Source of the DNA: Armatimonadota bacterium
GTDB lineage: Bacteria; Armatimonadota; SYMT01
Assembly: GCA_041690135.1 (NCBI GenBank)
Contig: JAWLHY010000002.1
Span: forward strand, 96,001-160,000
Length of the DNA: 64,000 nt
Direction: 5' to 3'
Of the stretch, positions 46,189 to 56,987 are shown in pieces (the first letter of the stretch is position 1; each line of letters starts with the position of its first letter). The translations under genes were made by a program, and so were the position numbers. Under the pieces are notes generated by a model, which searched no databases, was not told the DNA's origin, and saw only the letters and a list, made by a program, of their open reading frames with translations.

Positions 46189-47450
46189 GCTTCGCACCGC
46201 GGGACGCACGCTCCACTGGGAATCTCGCGGTCCCAGTAGTCATCTGCGTTAACGCGCGACTCCACCCGAACGTTGCGACCTAACCGCACTCCCTGGGGGA
46301 TCTTGGCGTCCTTGCCGGCGATTGTGATGCCGCTGTAGAGGTTCCGCGGTTCCGCCACGTTGGGCGTCTTGTCGTCGCCCCAGCCGACGACCGCCTCCCG
46401 CTGCACCTCCACGCGCTTGTCCAGGATGGAGCAGTCGACCACGGCCCCGGCACGGATCACGGAATCGTTCATGATAATGGAATCGCGCACCACAGCCCCC
46501 GGCTCCACAATCACGCCCGGCGAGAGAATGGAGTTGGTCACCTCGCCGGAGATCACGCAGCCGTTTGAAAGCATGGCCCGGGAGATCTCGGCCCCCGAGA
46601 GCACCTTCACCGGCGGCCGCTCCTCGCTCAGGGTGTGTATCCGCCAGCCCTCGTCGTTCAGGTCCAGCTCGGGCCGGTCTTCCAGCAACTCCATATTGGT
46701 CTGCCAGTAGGCCGGGATGGTGCCGACGTCCACCCAGTAGCCGCTGAACGGGTAGGCGTACACGTTCGCCTCCTGGACCATGGCGGGGATGACGTTCTTC
46801 CCGAAGTCGTGGTCCGAGTCTTCCCGGCGGGCGTCTTCCTCCAGCATCTCGATGAGATAGTCCGTGTTGAAGACGTAGATGCCCATCGAGGCGAGGGTAC
46901 CCTGGAATTCGCGAGGCTTCTCGTAGAACTCCACGATCCGGTTCTGGGAATCGGTCTTCATGATTCCGAACCGGTGGGCCTCCTCGGCCGGCACCTCGCG
47001 GACGGCGACGGTGAGGTCCGCCCCCGTGTCCCAGTGCTGCCGGAGCATGCGGCGGTAGTCCTGCTTGTAGATGTGATCGCCGGAGAGCACCAGCAACGTG
47101 TCGCACCGCTCGGAGCGGATGAAATTGCGGTTCTGGTAGAGCGCGTCCGCGGTACCCCGGTACCAGTCCTGATCGCCCCGGCCGCGGTACGGCTGCCAGA
47201 TGCGCGCGCCGCCCCGGTTGCGGTCGAGGTCCCAGGGGCGTCCGGTCCCGATATGCTCGATAAGCGAGTGCGGCCGGTACTGGGTGAGCACGGCGATGTT
47301 GAAGAGATCGGAGTTGGCGCAGTTCGACAGCACGAAGTCGATGATCCGGTACTTGCCGGCAAACGGCATCGCCGGCTTGGCGCGCTTCTCGGCCAGGATG
47401 CTGAGGCGGCTGCCCTCGCCCCCCGCCAGGATCACGGTGAAGACCTTCAT
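46185..47450 (-). CDS. glgC: Glucose-1-phosphate adenylyltransferase
   Basis: LAGGEGSRL, RAKPAMPFAGKYRIIDF, GTADA, SMGIYVF, DFGKNVIP, YWVDVGT. Confidence 0.97.
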   Translation of the reverse strand: MKVFTVILAGGEGSRLSILAEKRAKPAMPFAGKYRIIDFVLSNCANSDLFNIAVLTQYRPHSLIEHIGTGRPWDLDRNRGGARIWQPYRGRGDQDWYRGTADALYQNRNFIRSERCDTLLVLSGDHIYKQDYRRMLRQHWDTGADLTVAVREVPAEEAHRFGIMKTDSQNRIVEFYEKPREFQGTLASMGIYVFNTDYLIEMLEEDARREDSDHDFGKNVIPAMVQEANVYAYPFSGYWVDVGTIPAYWQTNMELLEDRPELDLNDEGWRIHTLSEERPPVKVLSGAEISRAMLSNGCVISGEVTNSILSPGVIVEPGAVVRDSIIMNDSVIRAGAVVDCSILDKRVEVQREAVVGWGDDKTPNVAEPRNLYSGITIAGKDAKIPQGVRLGRNVRVESRVNADDYWDREIPSGACVPRCEA

Positions 47451-47893
47451 GATTTCTCCCGCCCGCTGCAATGCGGAGCCGAGATAGAGTTTCCACCCGC
47501 AGCGGCTGCTTCCTGCCGGTTGATCCGCGAATTGGGCAAATGAAACGAATGGGGGCGGAAAGGTGTTCGGGCGCTCAGGTGTTCATGCACCCGGACCCTG
47601 GTTCCTGGTCTCCCATGCGTGATACGCGGCCGAATCCGCCGCCTTCCGCGATTGGCGGGGTGAATGAGCCGGGTCCCATCGAAAGTCCCATTCTCCCTGG
47701 CTACCGGAGTAGGTGCCGGGGGTATCCCCTGCTTTCTCGCGGGGTTTCGTGACAGAGAGAAGGCGGAGTCGCGACGTGGCGAGAGTAGCCTTAAGATGCT
47801 TCTAAGGCGCTGGTAAGCGAAACTTTAGATCGTCATGGCTAATCTAATCCGGCATATTGCCGTTCTCGCTTTTAACGCACCAGGAGAACATCC

Positions 47894-48664
47894 GTGCGCA
47901 ACGAATCTACCCGACACCCTCGCCACGGCTTCACACTCATTGAACTACTCGTCGTTATTGCAATCATCGCAATATTGGCGGCTATTCTCTTTCCGGTGTT
48001 CGCCCAGGCTCGCGAGGCGGCGCGGAAGGCGAGCTGCCTCTCCAACATGAAGCAGATCTCCACCGCCCTCACCCTGTACGCGGATGACTATGATGAGACG
48101 GTCGGCCGCAAATGGTACGAGTGGCACACCGACCTGGACCCCTACGTGAAGAACGGCCAGGTGTGGACATGCCCAAGCTCTTCCGCGCCGAAGCCGGTCC
48201 AGGTCCAATTCACCAACTACCGGGCCACGGACGGCTCCCCCATGACCGGTATGTTCTGGACGAACCGCCCCACCGCCAACCAGCCGTACATCTGGGGCCA
48301 CTACAGCCGTAACGACGAGCTTCTCCATAACTACGGCTTCACGGGCGCCACCTCTCCCACCAACTCCCGGATGCCCAGTTGGGACCGTCCGGCGGACGTG
48401 ATCCTGATCGGAGAAACGCGCTCCGGCACCGAAGATGACGATACCAACGACTTCGATGAGGACAACGCCCCTTATTGCGAACCCGGCGGGACCAACTGGA
48501 ATCAGGTGTACAACCACCTGTCGCTGCGGCACGCCGGTGGCCAGAACGTGATCTTCGGTGACCTCCATGCCAAGTTCGTGAAGTGGGAGTGGTTCAAAAC
48601 ACCGCAGGGCAAATACGCCATCTGCCCGTTCCAGGCCAACAAGGCGGATGGAACCGGCTGGTAG
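47894..48664 (+). CDS. Prepilin N-terminal methylation / DUF1559-like protein
   Basis: [10 protein letters not shown]...AQAREAAR; [14 protein letters not shown] (H-X9-DL variant); AGGAG RBS. Confidence 0.9.
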   Translation: MRNESTRHPRHGFTLIELLVVIAIIAILAAILFPVFAQAREAARKASCLSNMKQISTALTLYADDYDETVGRKWYEWHTDLDPYVKNGQVWTCPSSSAPKPVQVQFTNYRATDGSPMTGMFWTNRPTANQPYIWGHYSRNDELLHNYGFTGATSPTNSRMPSWDRPADVILIGETRSGTEDDDTNDFDEDNAPYCEPGGTNWNQVYNHLSLRHAGGQNVIFGDLHAKFVKWEWFKTPQGKYAICPFQANKADGTGW

Positions 48665-48700
48665 TCCGCAGATTCCCAACCGTATCGGTTCGGACCGGCT

Positions 48701-49885
48701 TTGCAATATCCTCACCGTGCGGACATCTCTCTCCTCCGGAAGTCATTGCGCCAGGAGGGCGGTTTCTCCGGGGAAAGCCCGGGTTCCCACCCTCCGGCCC
48801 GCTCCGGGTACGGCATCCCGCGCCCGGCAAAGGGGAGGAGGCACGAGATTCGCAGGCAGGCAGAACCCGGGCGGGGCCAATCCCGCCCGGAACGAACCCC
48901 AATCATAGACGCAGCAGCCAACCGGCTACGCTCCATCCCGGAGCACCGGGGATGGTTCCGGTGGCTGGCGGGGGCGTTCCTCGTCCTCGCCGGATGGATT
49001 GCCGCGCCCCGTCCCGTGCCGGCAATCATCCTATCCGGGTCGGGCGACCGAAGCGACGGGCTCTACGGCATCACCACCGACCGCGAGTATTCCGGCGTGG
49101 TCGGAGTGTTGCACCGAAAGCCGGACGGGCTCCTGATCCCGGAGGCGACCGGGGTGCTCATCAGCCGGCGTCACGTCCTCTCCTGCGCGCACGGCTTTTT
49201 CATGGAGAACCGGGGCCGCAACCCTGCCGACTTTCGGATCTCGGTGGAAGGCGTTGTTCATCCGGTCGCCGCCATCGCGACCCATCCCGAGTTCCGGTTG
49301 GGCAGTCATGCCGCCGACCTGGCGGTGCTCACCCTCACTGTGCCGGTGCCCAGCAGCGTCCGCACCTACCGCTGCAACGACGGGAGCCTGGACGAACTGA
49401 AGGTCGGCCGCTGCACGCTGGTGGGTCTGGGCATGAGCGGTTCGGCGGCGCGGGGGATGAACCGGGAGCTGACACCCGGCGTCAAGCGCGCGGGCACCAA
49501 CACCATCGACTTCATCAGCGACGGCACCGCCGGACTGCCGGTCCCGGATAAGCCGATGTGGATCTTACCCCCGCATATCCTCGTGACCGACCTGGACAAC
49601 CACCTTACCCCCCACGTGAACGGTTATCCGGGAGAAGCGCCGGGGTTCCCCCGCGTCCCGGGCGCCGGCACTGACGACCCCACCGAAGCGGGCCCCGCGA
49701 TTGGCGACTCCGGCGGTCCCCTGTTCCAGACCGATCCCCGCGACGGCAGCCGGATCGTGGTGGGCATCGGCTCCGGCGGCGGCGGTCCCGGCCGTGGGGG
49801 CATCGGCGACTACGGCCTTTACGCCCGGGTGAGCCCCTACTACCGGTGGATCCACGACCGGATGGAGCCCTCCGGCCAGCATTAG
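48701..49885 (+). CDS. Trypsin-like serine protease
   Basis: LSCAH, ADLAVL and GDSGGP triad; true start probably downstream. Confidence 0.85.
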   Translation: MQYPHRADISLLRKSLRQEGGFSGESPGSHPPARSGYGIPRPAKGRRHEIRRQAEPGRGQSRPERTPIIDAAANRLRSIPEHRGWFRWLAGAFLVLAGWIAAPRPVPAIILSGSGDRSDGLYGITTDREYSGVVGVLHRKPDGLLIPEATGVLISRRHVLSCAHGFFMENRGRNPADFRISVEGVVHPVAAIATHPEFRLGSHAADLAVLTLTVPVPSSVRTYRCNDGSLDELKVGRCTLVGLGMSGSAARGMNRELTPGVKRAGTNTIDFISDGTAGLPVPDKPMWILPPHILVTDLDNHLTPHVNGYPGEAPGFPRVPGAGTDDPTEAGPAIGDSGGPLFQTDPRDGSRIVVGIGSGGGGPGRGGIGDYGLYARVSPYYRWIHDRMEPSGQH

Positions 49886-50067
49886 CCTGATGCAGCCCGG
49901 AACCGCTCGTACACCCTTTCCGGAAGCGGATGAAGCAGCCGCCAGCGCACTCGCATCGGCCGCTCGGACTCGTGACCGAGGTACTCGGCGGGACCCATGC
50001 AGAAGTAGGGCTGGGTGCGCCCATCGCGGACCTTTTGCTCGCGGCCGAAGAGCAGCACGTGGCTCCC

Positions 50068-51084
50068 TCACCCTCCAACTGACAGAAGGGCGTAGCGGCT
50101 GGCCCGCTCGCCGTCTTCGATGAGCAGCAGGTAGGTCCGGCCGTCGCACTCGACACGCGCCAGGGCTTCGGGGCTCTCCAACTTAAGGGTGTCCGGGAGG
50201 GAGACTCGCTGGGGTGGCTGCTTCTCGTCCCAGAGCCAGAGCGACCAGGGGGCGCGGACCGGGTGCGTCGGTTCCGCGGAGAGGCCGGAGAGCAGCCAGC
50301 AGGCCCGGCGCGCGGGGTCGTAGGCCATGTCGCGGATGCCGTGGCCTTGGAGGTCCAGCTTGACGGTGTCGCCCAGGTTGGCCGGCTGCGGGGCTTCCAG
50401 GAACAGCGCCTCCAGGTTGCGGACCCGCAGCACGACCGCATCTTCCTGGCCGCCGTGGGGGCGCGGGGTGCTCTCGGTGATGGTCGGTGCGCGAAGGCCC
50501 ACCAGCAGGTACTCTTCCGGATGCCAGGCGAGCCCCTCGATGTTCAGGCCGGTGCGCGCCGGAGTGCGCCGGATGGCGTCCGCCAGGAACGGCACGTCGT
50601 TCACGATCGCCTGCAGGAGACCACCGGACTGCCGGGCCTCGCGCAGTTTCCCCAGCGCGTCGAACCGCAGGCGGCCCAGGCGGTAGTGCTCCTCGGGCGC
50701 GTCACCGCGGGCCTCGCGCGCGTGGGAGCCGGCCAGGATCGCGTCCCGCGTACCGTCCCACGCCACCGCTTCCAGGTCCCCCAGCTTCACTTGGCCCCGA
50801 AGAGAATCGTCCAGGCGCTCGGCCGGCGTGACGGTCACCGATCCCGCGCGCAGCCGCGGCAGGGGGTCCTCCAGCAAGGAGATCTGCGGCTGTCGGTCGG
50901 ACACGAGCAGGAGACGGCTGCCCCGGATAAACGCCGCCCCAGAGATACCGGGTAGCGCGATCTCGCCGGTGGCTTCCACCTGAAGGCGGGGAGGGGACGC
51001 GACCGGACCCGCAATGGGAAGGGCCGGGGAGCCGAGTCCCAGGCATAGGATAACGAGTAGCGGCCGGATGGTGTGTATGCCCAT
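50068..51084 (-). CDS. DUF3616-like secreted protein
   Basis: DLEAV, GSH, GLNIEGLA, LLVGLRAP, LDLQGHGIRDM. Confidence 0.75.
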   Translation of the reverse strand: MGIHTIRPLLVILCLGLGSPALPIAGPVASPPRLQVEATGEIALPGISGAAFIRGSRLLLVSDRQPQISLLEDPLPRLRAGSVTVTPAERLDDSLRGQVKLGDLEAVAWDGTRDAILAGSHAREARGDAPEEHYRLGRLRFDALGKLREARQSGGLLQAIVNDVPFLADAIRRTPARTGLNIEGLAWHPEEYLLVGLRAPTITESTPRPHGGQEDAVVLRVRNLEALFLEAPQPANLGDTVKLDLQGHGIRDMAYDPARRACWLLSGLSAEPTHPVRAPWSLWLWDEKQPPQRVSLPDTLKLESPEALARVECDGRTYLLLIEDGERASRYALLSVGG

Positions 51085-51228
51085 GAATCGCAGCGGAGCC
51101 TCCGGCGCGGCCGGCGGATGGATGCCGGTAGGCTCACGCTCGATTCTAGCGCATGCGCGGCGGGTTTGTTCTGGAAGCTGCGGTCACTGCCAGTCGCGAG
51201 ACCACACCTCTCCTACCTGAAGCGCCTC

Positions 51229-52368
51229 TCAAGCGGCCCGGCCGTTGGGAGACGGTGCCACGCGGGCGTGCCCCTTGCCGTTGCGCTTCACCTCGTAGAG
51301 GGCCTCATCCGCGCGCTTGATGAGAGACTCTTTGGTGTCACCCGCAACCGAGCCCGCCACCCCCACGCTGAAGGAGATGCGGACGGAGACGTGGCGGTCT
51401 TCGTGCTTGAAGTTGATGGGGCGTTGGGAGGCGATGCGGTCGAACCGTTCGGCCAGCCGGTCCGGCGGCGTGCCCGGGGCCAGCATGCAGAACTCGTCGC
51501 CGCCGTAGCGGCCCAGTACATCGCCGGGGCGGGCGATCTTGGTCAGCAGGTTCACCGCCATCTGCAGGATCTGGTCGCCCACCAGGTGGCCCAGGGTGTC
51601 GTTGATCCCCTTGAAGTTATCGAGGTCGATCATCGCCATCGCCAGGGGCGTGGGCGACTTGAGCGCCGCCTCAAGTTGCGCTTCGAAGCCGCCGCGATGA
51701 TAGATCCCGGTGAGGGCGTCGCGGGTGGCCTCGTGGCGCGCGCGCATCAGGGCCGCTTCGAGCTGCTGCACCTGCACGGCCAGGGCCATGGCGCGCTCGT
51801 CGTCCTGCTTCGACTTCTGGTCCAGCAAGGTGTTGGCCCGCTGCAGCTCCGACTCGAGGCGCTCGCGGACCTGCCGCAGGTCATCGAGGCGGACCACGGT
51901 GCCCAGGCGGTCGTGGATCCCGCGCAGGTTCTCGTGGAACTGCTGGTTGGCGGCGCCGTCTACCCGCTGGTGCTCCTGATAGAGCGACAGAAGTCGCCAG
52001 AGCTCGTCCTCTCGTTCGGACAGGTAACGGCGCTGGAGCTGCCCGAAGGCGCTCAGCGAGTCCGCGGCCCAGCGCCGGTGGCCTTCCAATTCCGTCGACT
52101 CGGATTCCGGCGAAAGGTGCGCCGCGGTTCGGCGCAACCGGTCCAGAAATCCGGGCGCGTCGAGATCCGGCGTGGAGAGCACGAAGTGCTCGATGCCGCG
52201 AAGCAGCTCTCTCGCAAGTTCGAGCGCGGCACCTGATGAGGTGTTGGACACCGCCGGAGCGGGAGCCGCGGGCGCGGGCGCGCTCACCTGGTGGGGAGCG
52301 GCGGGCGGCTCGCTGTTTGGCTCGGGCGCCGGCTTGCGGCCGAAGCCGAGAAGAAGCCGAGACGGCAT
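51229..52368 (-). CDS. Diguanylate cyclase (GGDEF)
   Basis: DALTG, DLDNFKGINDTLGH, RPGD I-site, RYGGDEF; coiled-coil N-terminus. Confidence 0.95.
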   Translation of the reverse strand: MPSRLLLGFGRKPAPEPNSEPPAAPHQVSAPAPAAPAPAVSNTSSGAALELARELLRGIEHFVLSTPDLDAPGFLDRLRRTAAHLSPESESTELEGHRRWAADSLSAFGQLQRRYLSEREDELWRLLSLYQEHQRVDGAANQQFHENLRGIHDRLGTVVRLDDLRQVRERLESELQRANTLLDQKSKQDDERAMALAVQVQQLEAALMRARHEATRDALTGIYHRGGFEAQLEAALKSPTPLAMAMIDLDNFKGINDTLGHLVGDQILQMAVNLLTKIARPGDVLGRYGGDEFCMLAPGTPPDRLAERFDRIASQRPINFKHEDRHVSVRISFSVGVAGSVAGDTKESLIKRADEALYEVKRNGKGHARVAPSPNGRAA

Positions 52369-52568
52369 CGAATGTGTGTCCCTGGTGCTGACCTGGCCCT
52401 ATTAATAGTTGGGCCTTATTATCTATTGTTCCGGATTTCTCCGGAAAGTGGAGAGCCCGCTGCGGATTTATCCCGGCGGCTTCGCCGGAAGGACTCGCGA
52501 CCGTCGGCCCCGCATGGTAAATCGTCGGCTGCCGGGCCGACTAAAGCCCCGCTTCGGAAAGGACTCTC

Positions 52569-53549
52569 ATGAACCGTCCTCCCATTGATTTTACCCCCGT
52601 GCCCGCGGCAACCTTGCGGCGCTTCGTGTTGACCGTGTTCGCAGCCGCCGGGATGCCGGAGAGCCACGCTTCCCTGCTTGCGGATCTCCTGACCACGAAC
52701 GATCTACGGGGCGTTTTCAGCCATGGTACCCGACAAACCGCAGCGTACGTCGATCATTTTCGGGCCGAACGCCTGACTCCCCGTCCTGAAGTGCGCGTGA
52801 TCGAGGAGACCCCCACCACGCTGGTGGTGGACGGGGGCGGCGGCCTGGGGTATTTCCCGGCGCACCTGGCCGCGACTCGCCTGGGACCTAAGGCCCGGGA
52901 GCTGGGCCTGGCGGCGGCCCTCACCCGGAACCACGGCCACATCGGGGCGGCGGGAATCTACGCCCGCATTCCGCTGGAGCATGATCTCTTCTGTTACGTT
53001 ACTTCCGGACATCAATTAGACCTCCAACCCGGGCAAACCATTCTGAGCGCGGCGGGAGGCTCGCCGCATTCCTTTGCGCTTCCGACCGGTGACGAGCCTC
53101 CTTTCGTGCTCGACTTTGGGGCTGTGCACGATATGTATCCGGGATCGCCTCACGTGGACCAGTTGATTGCGCTGGCGCCGGGAACGGTATTCCGCTCCAT
53201 CGGCCTGGGGGCGGTGTGCCAGGCGCTGGGCGGTTTCCTGGCGGGCGTGCCCGTCGACCCATCGCGCGCGCAGCGGGAGTGGAGCGGAGCCAACCAGGGG
53301 TGTTTCATGATCGCGGTGGACCTCCGGCGGTTCTGCGCTCTCGACGCTTTCAAGCGGGAGATGGACGAGTACGCGCGCCGCGTCCGCGAGCTAAAGCCGC
53401 TGGCCGGGTTCGACCAGGCGATGCTGGCCGGGGAGCTCGAATGGCGGCGGGAACGCCAGTACGCGGAAGAAGGCATCCCGGTCGGAGCGGAGCACGCCGA
53501 GTTACTGCGGAAGCTTGCCGCCGACTACGGCCTCCAGCCGCCCCTGTGA
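52569..53549 (+). CDS. Ldh_2 family oxidoreductase
   Basis: DLRGVFSHG, VDGGGGLG, RNHGHIG, FVLDF. Confidence 0.88.
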   Translation: MNRPPIDFTPVPAATLRRFVLTVFAAAGMPESHASLLADLLTTNDLRGVFSHGTRQTAAYVDHFRAERLTPRPEVRVIEETPTTLVVDGGGGLGYFPAHLAATRLGPKARELGLAAALTRNHGHIGAAGIYARIPLEHDLFCYVTSGHQLDLQPGQTILSAAGGSPHSFALPTGDEPPFVLDFGAVHDMYPGSPHVDQLIALAPGTVFRSIGLGAVCQALGGFLAGVPVDPSRAQREWSGANQGCFMIAVDLRRFCALDAFKREMDEYARRVRELKPLAGFDQAMLAGELEWRRERQYAEEGIPVGAEHAELLRKLAADYGLQPPL

Positions 53550-53561
53550 TACCGATATCGG

Positions 53562-55199
53562 GTGCAGACGGGTACGGAGTGGACAGGTATCGAAAGGAGG
53601 ACCGGAGTGGCCCAGTGGCAGCGATATCAGGAGTATCTGTTCCGAGATGAAGCTCTCGGAGTCTCGGTCGACATCAGCCGGATGGGGTTCCCGGAGGGTT
53701 TCTTCCAGCAGATGGCAGCGCCGATGGCGGGTGCCTTCGAAGCGATGACTCGGCTGGAAGCGGGGGAGATCGCCAATCCGGATGAAAACCGGATGGTCGG
53801 CCACTACTGGCTCCGCGCTCCGGAACTGGCGCCGGCGGAACACCCGGAGATCCGCCGGGGAATCGAAGAGACGCAGGCCCGCATCCACACTTTCGCGGCG
53901 AAGGTCCATTCCGGCGAGATCGCCCCGCCCGGCGGCGGCCGGTTCCGGAACCTCCTCCTGGTCGGTATCGGCGGCTCGGCGCTGGGTCCGCAATTCGTGG
54001 CGGATGCACTGGGTGGGCCGGACCAGCCGCTGCGCCCCTTCTTCCTGGATAATACCGATCCGGACGGCATGGATCGGGTGTTCGCGGAAATCGGCGCCGG
54101 ACTCGGCGAGACTCTGGTTGTGGTGGCCTCCAAGTCCGGAGGGACGGAAGAGACCCGCAATGGGATGCTGGAGACCCGCGCGGCCTTTGAGCGGGCGGGG
54201 CTAGAGTTCGGACCCCATGCCGTGGCCATCACCCAGCAGGGGAGCAAGCTGGACCGGATCGCGGAGAGCGGCGGCTGGCGGGAGCGGTTCCCGATGTGGG
54301 ACTGGGTGGGTGGCCGCACCTCCGTCACTTCGGCCGTGGGTCTGCTGCCGGCGGTCCTCCTGGGCTACGACATCGATGGACTGCTGGCGGGGGCGCGTCA
54401 GATGGACGCCGCGACCCGAGTCCGCGACGCCCGCAAGAACCCGGCCGCCCTGCTGGCGCTGATGTGGTACTACGCCGGGGACGGGAAGGGCGAAAAGGAT
54501 ATGGTCGTTCTCCCGTACAAGGACCGCCTTCAGCTCTGTGCCCGCTACCTGCAGCAGTTGGTGATGGAGTCCCTCGGCAAGGAGTTCGACCTCGAGGGCC
54601 GCCGGGTGAACCAGGGCATCGTGGTCTACGGCAACAAGGGCAGCACCGATCAGCACGCCTACGTCCAGCAGCTCCGCGAAGGCGCCAACAACTTCTTCGC
54701 CACCTTCATCCAGGTATTGGAAGATCGGGAAGGCGAGCCGCTGGAACTGGAGCCGGGTGTCACCAGTGGTGACTCGCTCCTCGGGTTCCTGCTCGGCACC
54801 CGGCGGGCGCTGGCGGAGAATGACCGCGAGTCCCTCACCCTGACCCTGGACCGGGTAGACGCCGCCTCCCTCGGCAAGCTCATTGCCCTCTACGAGCGGG
54901 CGGTCGGCTTCTATGCCACCCTGATCGGGATTAATGCCTACCACCAGCCGGGCGTCGAAGCCGGCAAAAAGGCGGCCGGCCAGGTGATCGACCTGCAGAA
55001 GCGTGTCCAACCGGCGATCGCTGCCGCCGCAGAGCCTCTCACCGCGGAAGACGCGGCCGGAGCCCTGGGCGCGCCGGAAGAGGTGGAGACCGTTTACCAC
55101 ATCCTCCGCCACCTGTCCGCCAATCCCGGTCGCGGTGTGCGGCGTGTCCCGGGCACTACTCCCGCTGAGGATCGCTTCGGGCCGGAAGCCGGAGCCTAA
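53562..55199 (+). CDS. pgi: Glucose-6-phosphate isomerase
   Basis: [44 protein letters not shown]. Confidence 0.97.
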   Translation: MQTGTEWTGIERRTGVAQWQRYQEYLFRDEALGVSVDISRMGFPEGFFQQMAAPMAGAFEAMTRLEAGEIANPDENRMVGHYWLRAPELAPAEHPEIRRGIEETQARIHTFAAKVHSGEIAPPGGGRFRNLLLVGIGGSALGPQFVADALGGPDQPLRPFFLDNTDPDGMDRVFAEIGAGLGETLVVVASKSGGTEETRNGMLETRAAFERAGLEFGPHAVAITQQGSKLDRIAESGGWRERFPMWDWVGGRTSVTSAVGLLPAVLLGYDIDGLLAGARQMDAATRVRDARKNPAALLALMWYYAGDGKGEKDMVVLPYKDRLQLCARYLQQLVMESLGKEFDLEGRRVNQGIVVYGNKGSTDQHAYVQQLREGANNFFATFIQVLEDREGEPLELEPGVTSGDSLLGFLLGTRRALAENDRESLTLTLDRVDAASLGKLIALYERAVGFYATLIGINAYHQPGVEAGKKAAGQVIDLQKRVQPAIAAAAEPLTAEDAAGALGAPEEVETVYHILRHLSANPGRGVRRVPGTTPAEDRFGPEAGA

Positions 55200-55251
55200 C
55201 GGCGCGGCACCGCCGGCGATTGCGGGCATCCTGAACACAGAGTAGACCCAA

Positions 55252-55275
55252 GGCGGAGTCTCGGAAGACTCCGCC
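55252..55275. other. Strong intergenic hairpin between pgi and the cupin gene
   Basis: GGCGGAGTCT-CGGA-AGACTCCGCC; no U tail. Confidence 0.6.
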
Positions 55276-55293
55276 AGTTCAGGAGACACGCAA

Positions 55294-55674
55294 ATGCTCG
55301 AGCACACCCGCGAGGCAAGGGAAGTCCGCTTTCATCCCCAGTCGGTTCACCATTTCCCCCTGTCGGCCGCCATCCGGGAGCTTCGGCAGGAACCGGTGTA
55401 CGACGTGAACGGGCATACGGGCACCACCCTGGTGAAGCATTCCGATCTGCGGGTGGTCCTCCAGGCGATGCAGCCCGGCGCGGCCCTCAAGGAGCATCAC
55501 GCTCCGGGCCCGATCAGCGTGCAGGTGCTGGAAGGGGAACTGCGCTTCGAGGCGGAAGGCGAGGTCTTCTACCTTATAGCCGGGGATCTCCTGACCCTTC
55601 CCGCGGGTGTACCTCATTCGGTCGAAGCGGTGAAGGAAAGCGCCTTCCTGCTCACCATCGCTCCGTCGAACTGA
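55294..55674 (+). CDS. Cupin domain protein
   Basis: EHHAPGPISVQVLEG and GVPHSVEA; AGGAG RBS. Confidence 0.9.
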   Translation: MLEHTREAREVRFHPQSVHHFPLSAAIRELRQEPVYDVNGHTGTTLVKHSDLRVVLQAMQPGAALKEHHAPGPISVQVLEGELRFEAEGEVFYLIAGDLLTLPAGVPHSVEAVKESAFLLTIAPSN

Positions 55675-55696
55675 AAGGAACACCGGGCGCCTCCTT

Positions 55697-56025
55697 GCGC
55701 AGGGCTAAACCCCTGCGCACCGTCCCCGCACCGTCCCGGCACCCCACACCCGCGCGCGGGTACCCGGGCGTAAACCTCCGCGGGCACGCCGTGCACCCGG
55801 TCCCGCGCAGGGCTAAACCCCTGCGCTCCGGTACCGCACCGTCCCCGCCTCCGCAGGCACGCATCACGCGCATTTGTCTTGGCGAGTTCCGGACGTTTGC
55901 TGACGCATACCCGGTTGCACAGGGATCGCGGTAGCAGTACTGGGCGAAAACCGGGCGCCCACGGAGGTTTACGCCCCGAGGGGGTGTGGGCAGCGTGCAT
56001 TTCCAAAGCCCGCCCGTTCAGGGGC
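55697..56025. repeat. Composite REP-like element, copy 2
   Basis: Two CGCAGGGCTAAACCCCTGCG hairpins; blocks shared with 44441-44762. Confidence 0.8.
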
Positions 56026-56072
56026 GGCGCGGGGTGGCGCACCGCATACGCGGTTCATCCACCCGCGCATTG

Positions 56073-56513
56073 TTAGGCGGAGCGCCGGATCCACGCCGCG
56101 GAAGCGCTGTCGAAAATGTGGAAGCGGTTTTCCAGCCGCAGCAAGCTTAGCGTCCGCTGCACGCGGCTGTCCGGGCGGAGCACCAGCCGGAACTCCGCGC
56201 CGCCCTCGGCTTTCGCTTCCATGCTCTCCTGCAGTTGCAGCAGCGCCCGCACCCCCGTGCTATCGAGGTAATCCGTGCGGCGCAGGTCCACCACGACGCG
56301 GCTGGCCGCTTCACAGAACGGCTTCAACCGGCGGAGCACTTCGGGCGCGTGTTCCCCGTCGAACGGGCCGTCGATGCGGGCGAGGACCATCTTCCCCGAC
56401 TCCACCACGCGCATGTCGAACGGTTTGGGGTGGCCCAGGCTCGCCCCAGGATGCTCGGCGACCGTGAGGTCTCCGTCATCCGTCCATACTTCGTTCTGAA
56501 ACTGGATCGGCAC
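56073..56513 (-). CDS. STAS domain anti-sigma factor antagonist
   Basis: VVVDL..TDYLDSTGVRALL; GTG start follows GGGAG (56537 and 56585 are alternatives). Confidence 0.85.
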   Translation of the reverse strand: MPIQFQNEVWTDDGDLTVAEHPGASLGHPKPFDMRVVESGKMVLARIDGPFDGEHAPEVLRRLKPFCEAASRVVVDLRRTDYLDSTGVRALLQLQESMEAKAEGGAEFRLVLRPDSRVQRTLSLLRLENRFHIFDSASAAWIRRSA

Positions 56514-56987
56514 CTGTTCTCCCTTTCCGTATGCCATTGCTTGTGGGCCGCGGCTGCCGTCTCCGGCTAACTGATCTCGACCCATTTCTCTATCCCGTTC
56601 GCGGCGGTGCTGCGCTCTACCGGGCCACTCCGCGGTCTCCGTTTCGGCGCCGCCGCTCTGGCCGCAGGCGTAGAGGCTGCCTGCCAGTGGGATGTACCGC
56701 ACTCCACGCGCGTCAAAACTCGCGGTGGACATTCTTAAGTGGCTGCAGAACTGGCTTCAGAAGCATCCCAGCCCAATTCCGCCGCGGTCCGATCACACAA
56801 TCCCGGATCATCCCTATCATCCGGATCTTAACGGACCCTTCAAAAACTGCAAGGCACCCGCCGGGGAAGCGTTTAGTCTTTCAGCCCCCGTGGGCAGCAC
56901 AAGCCGGTGCCTGGAGGCTGCCGACCCGGCGACCTCTGCCACCAATCACCCCGGCGAACCTCGTCGGCGCAGTCCCAAGGAGGTTGA

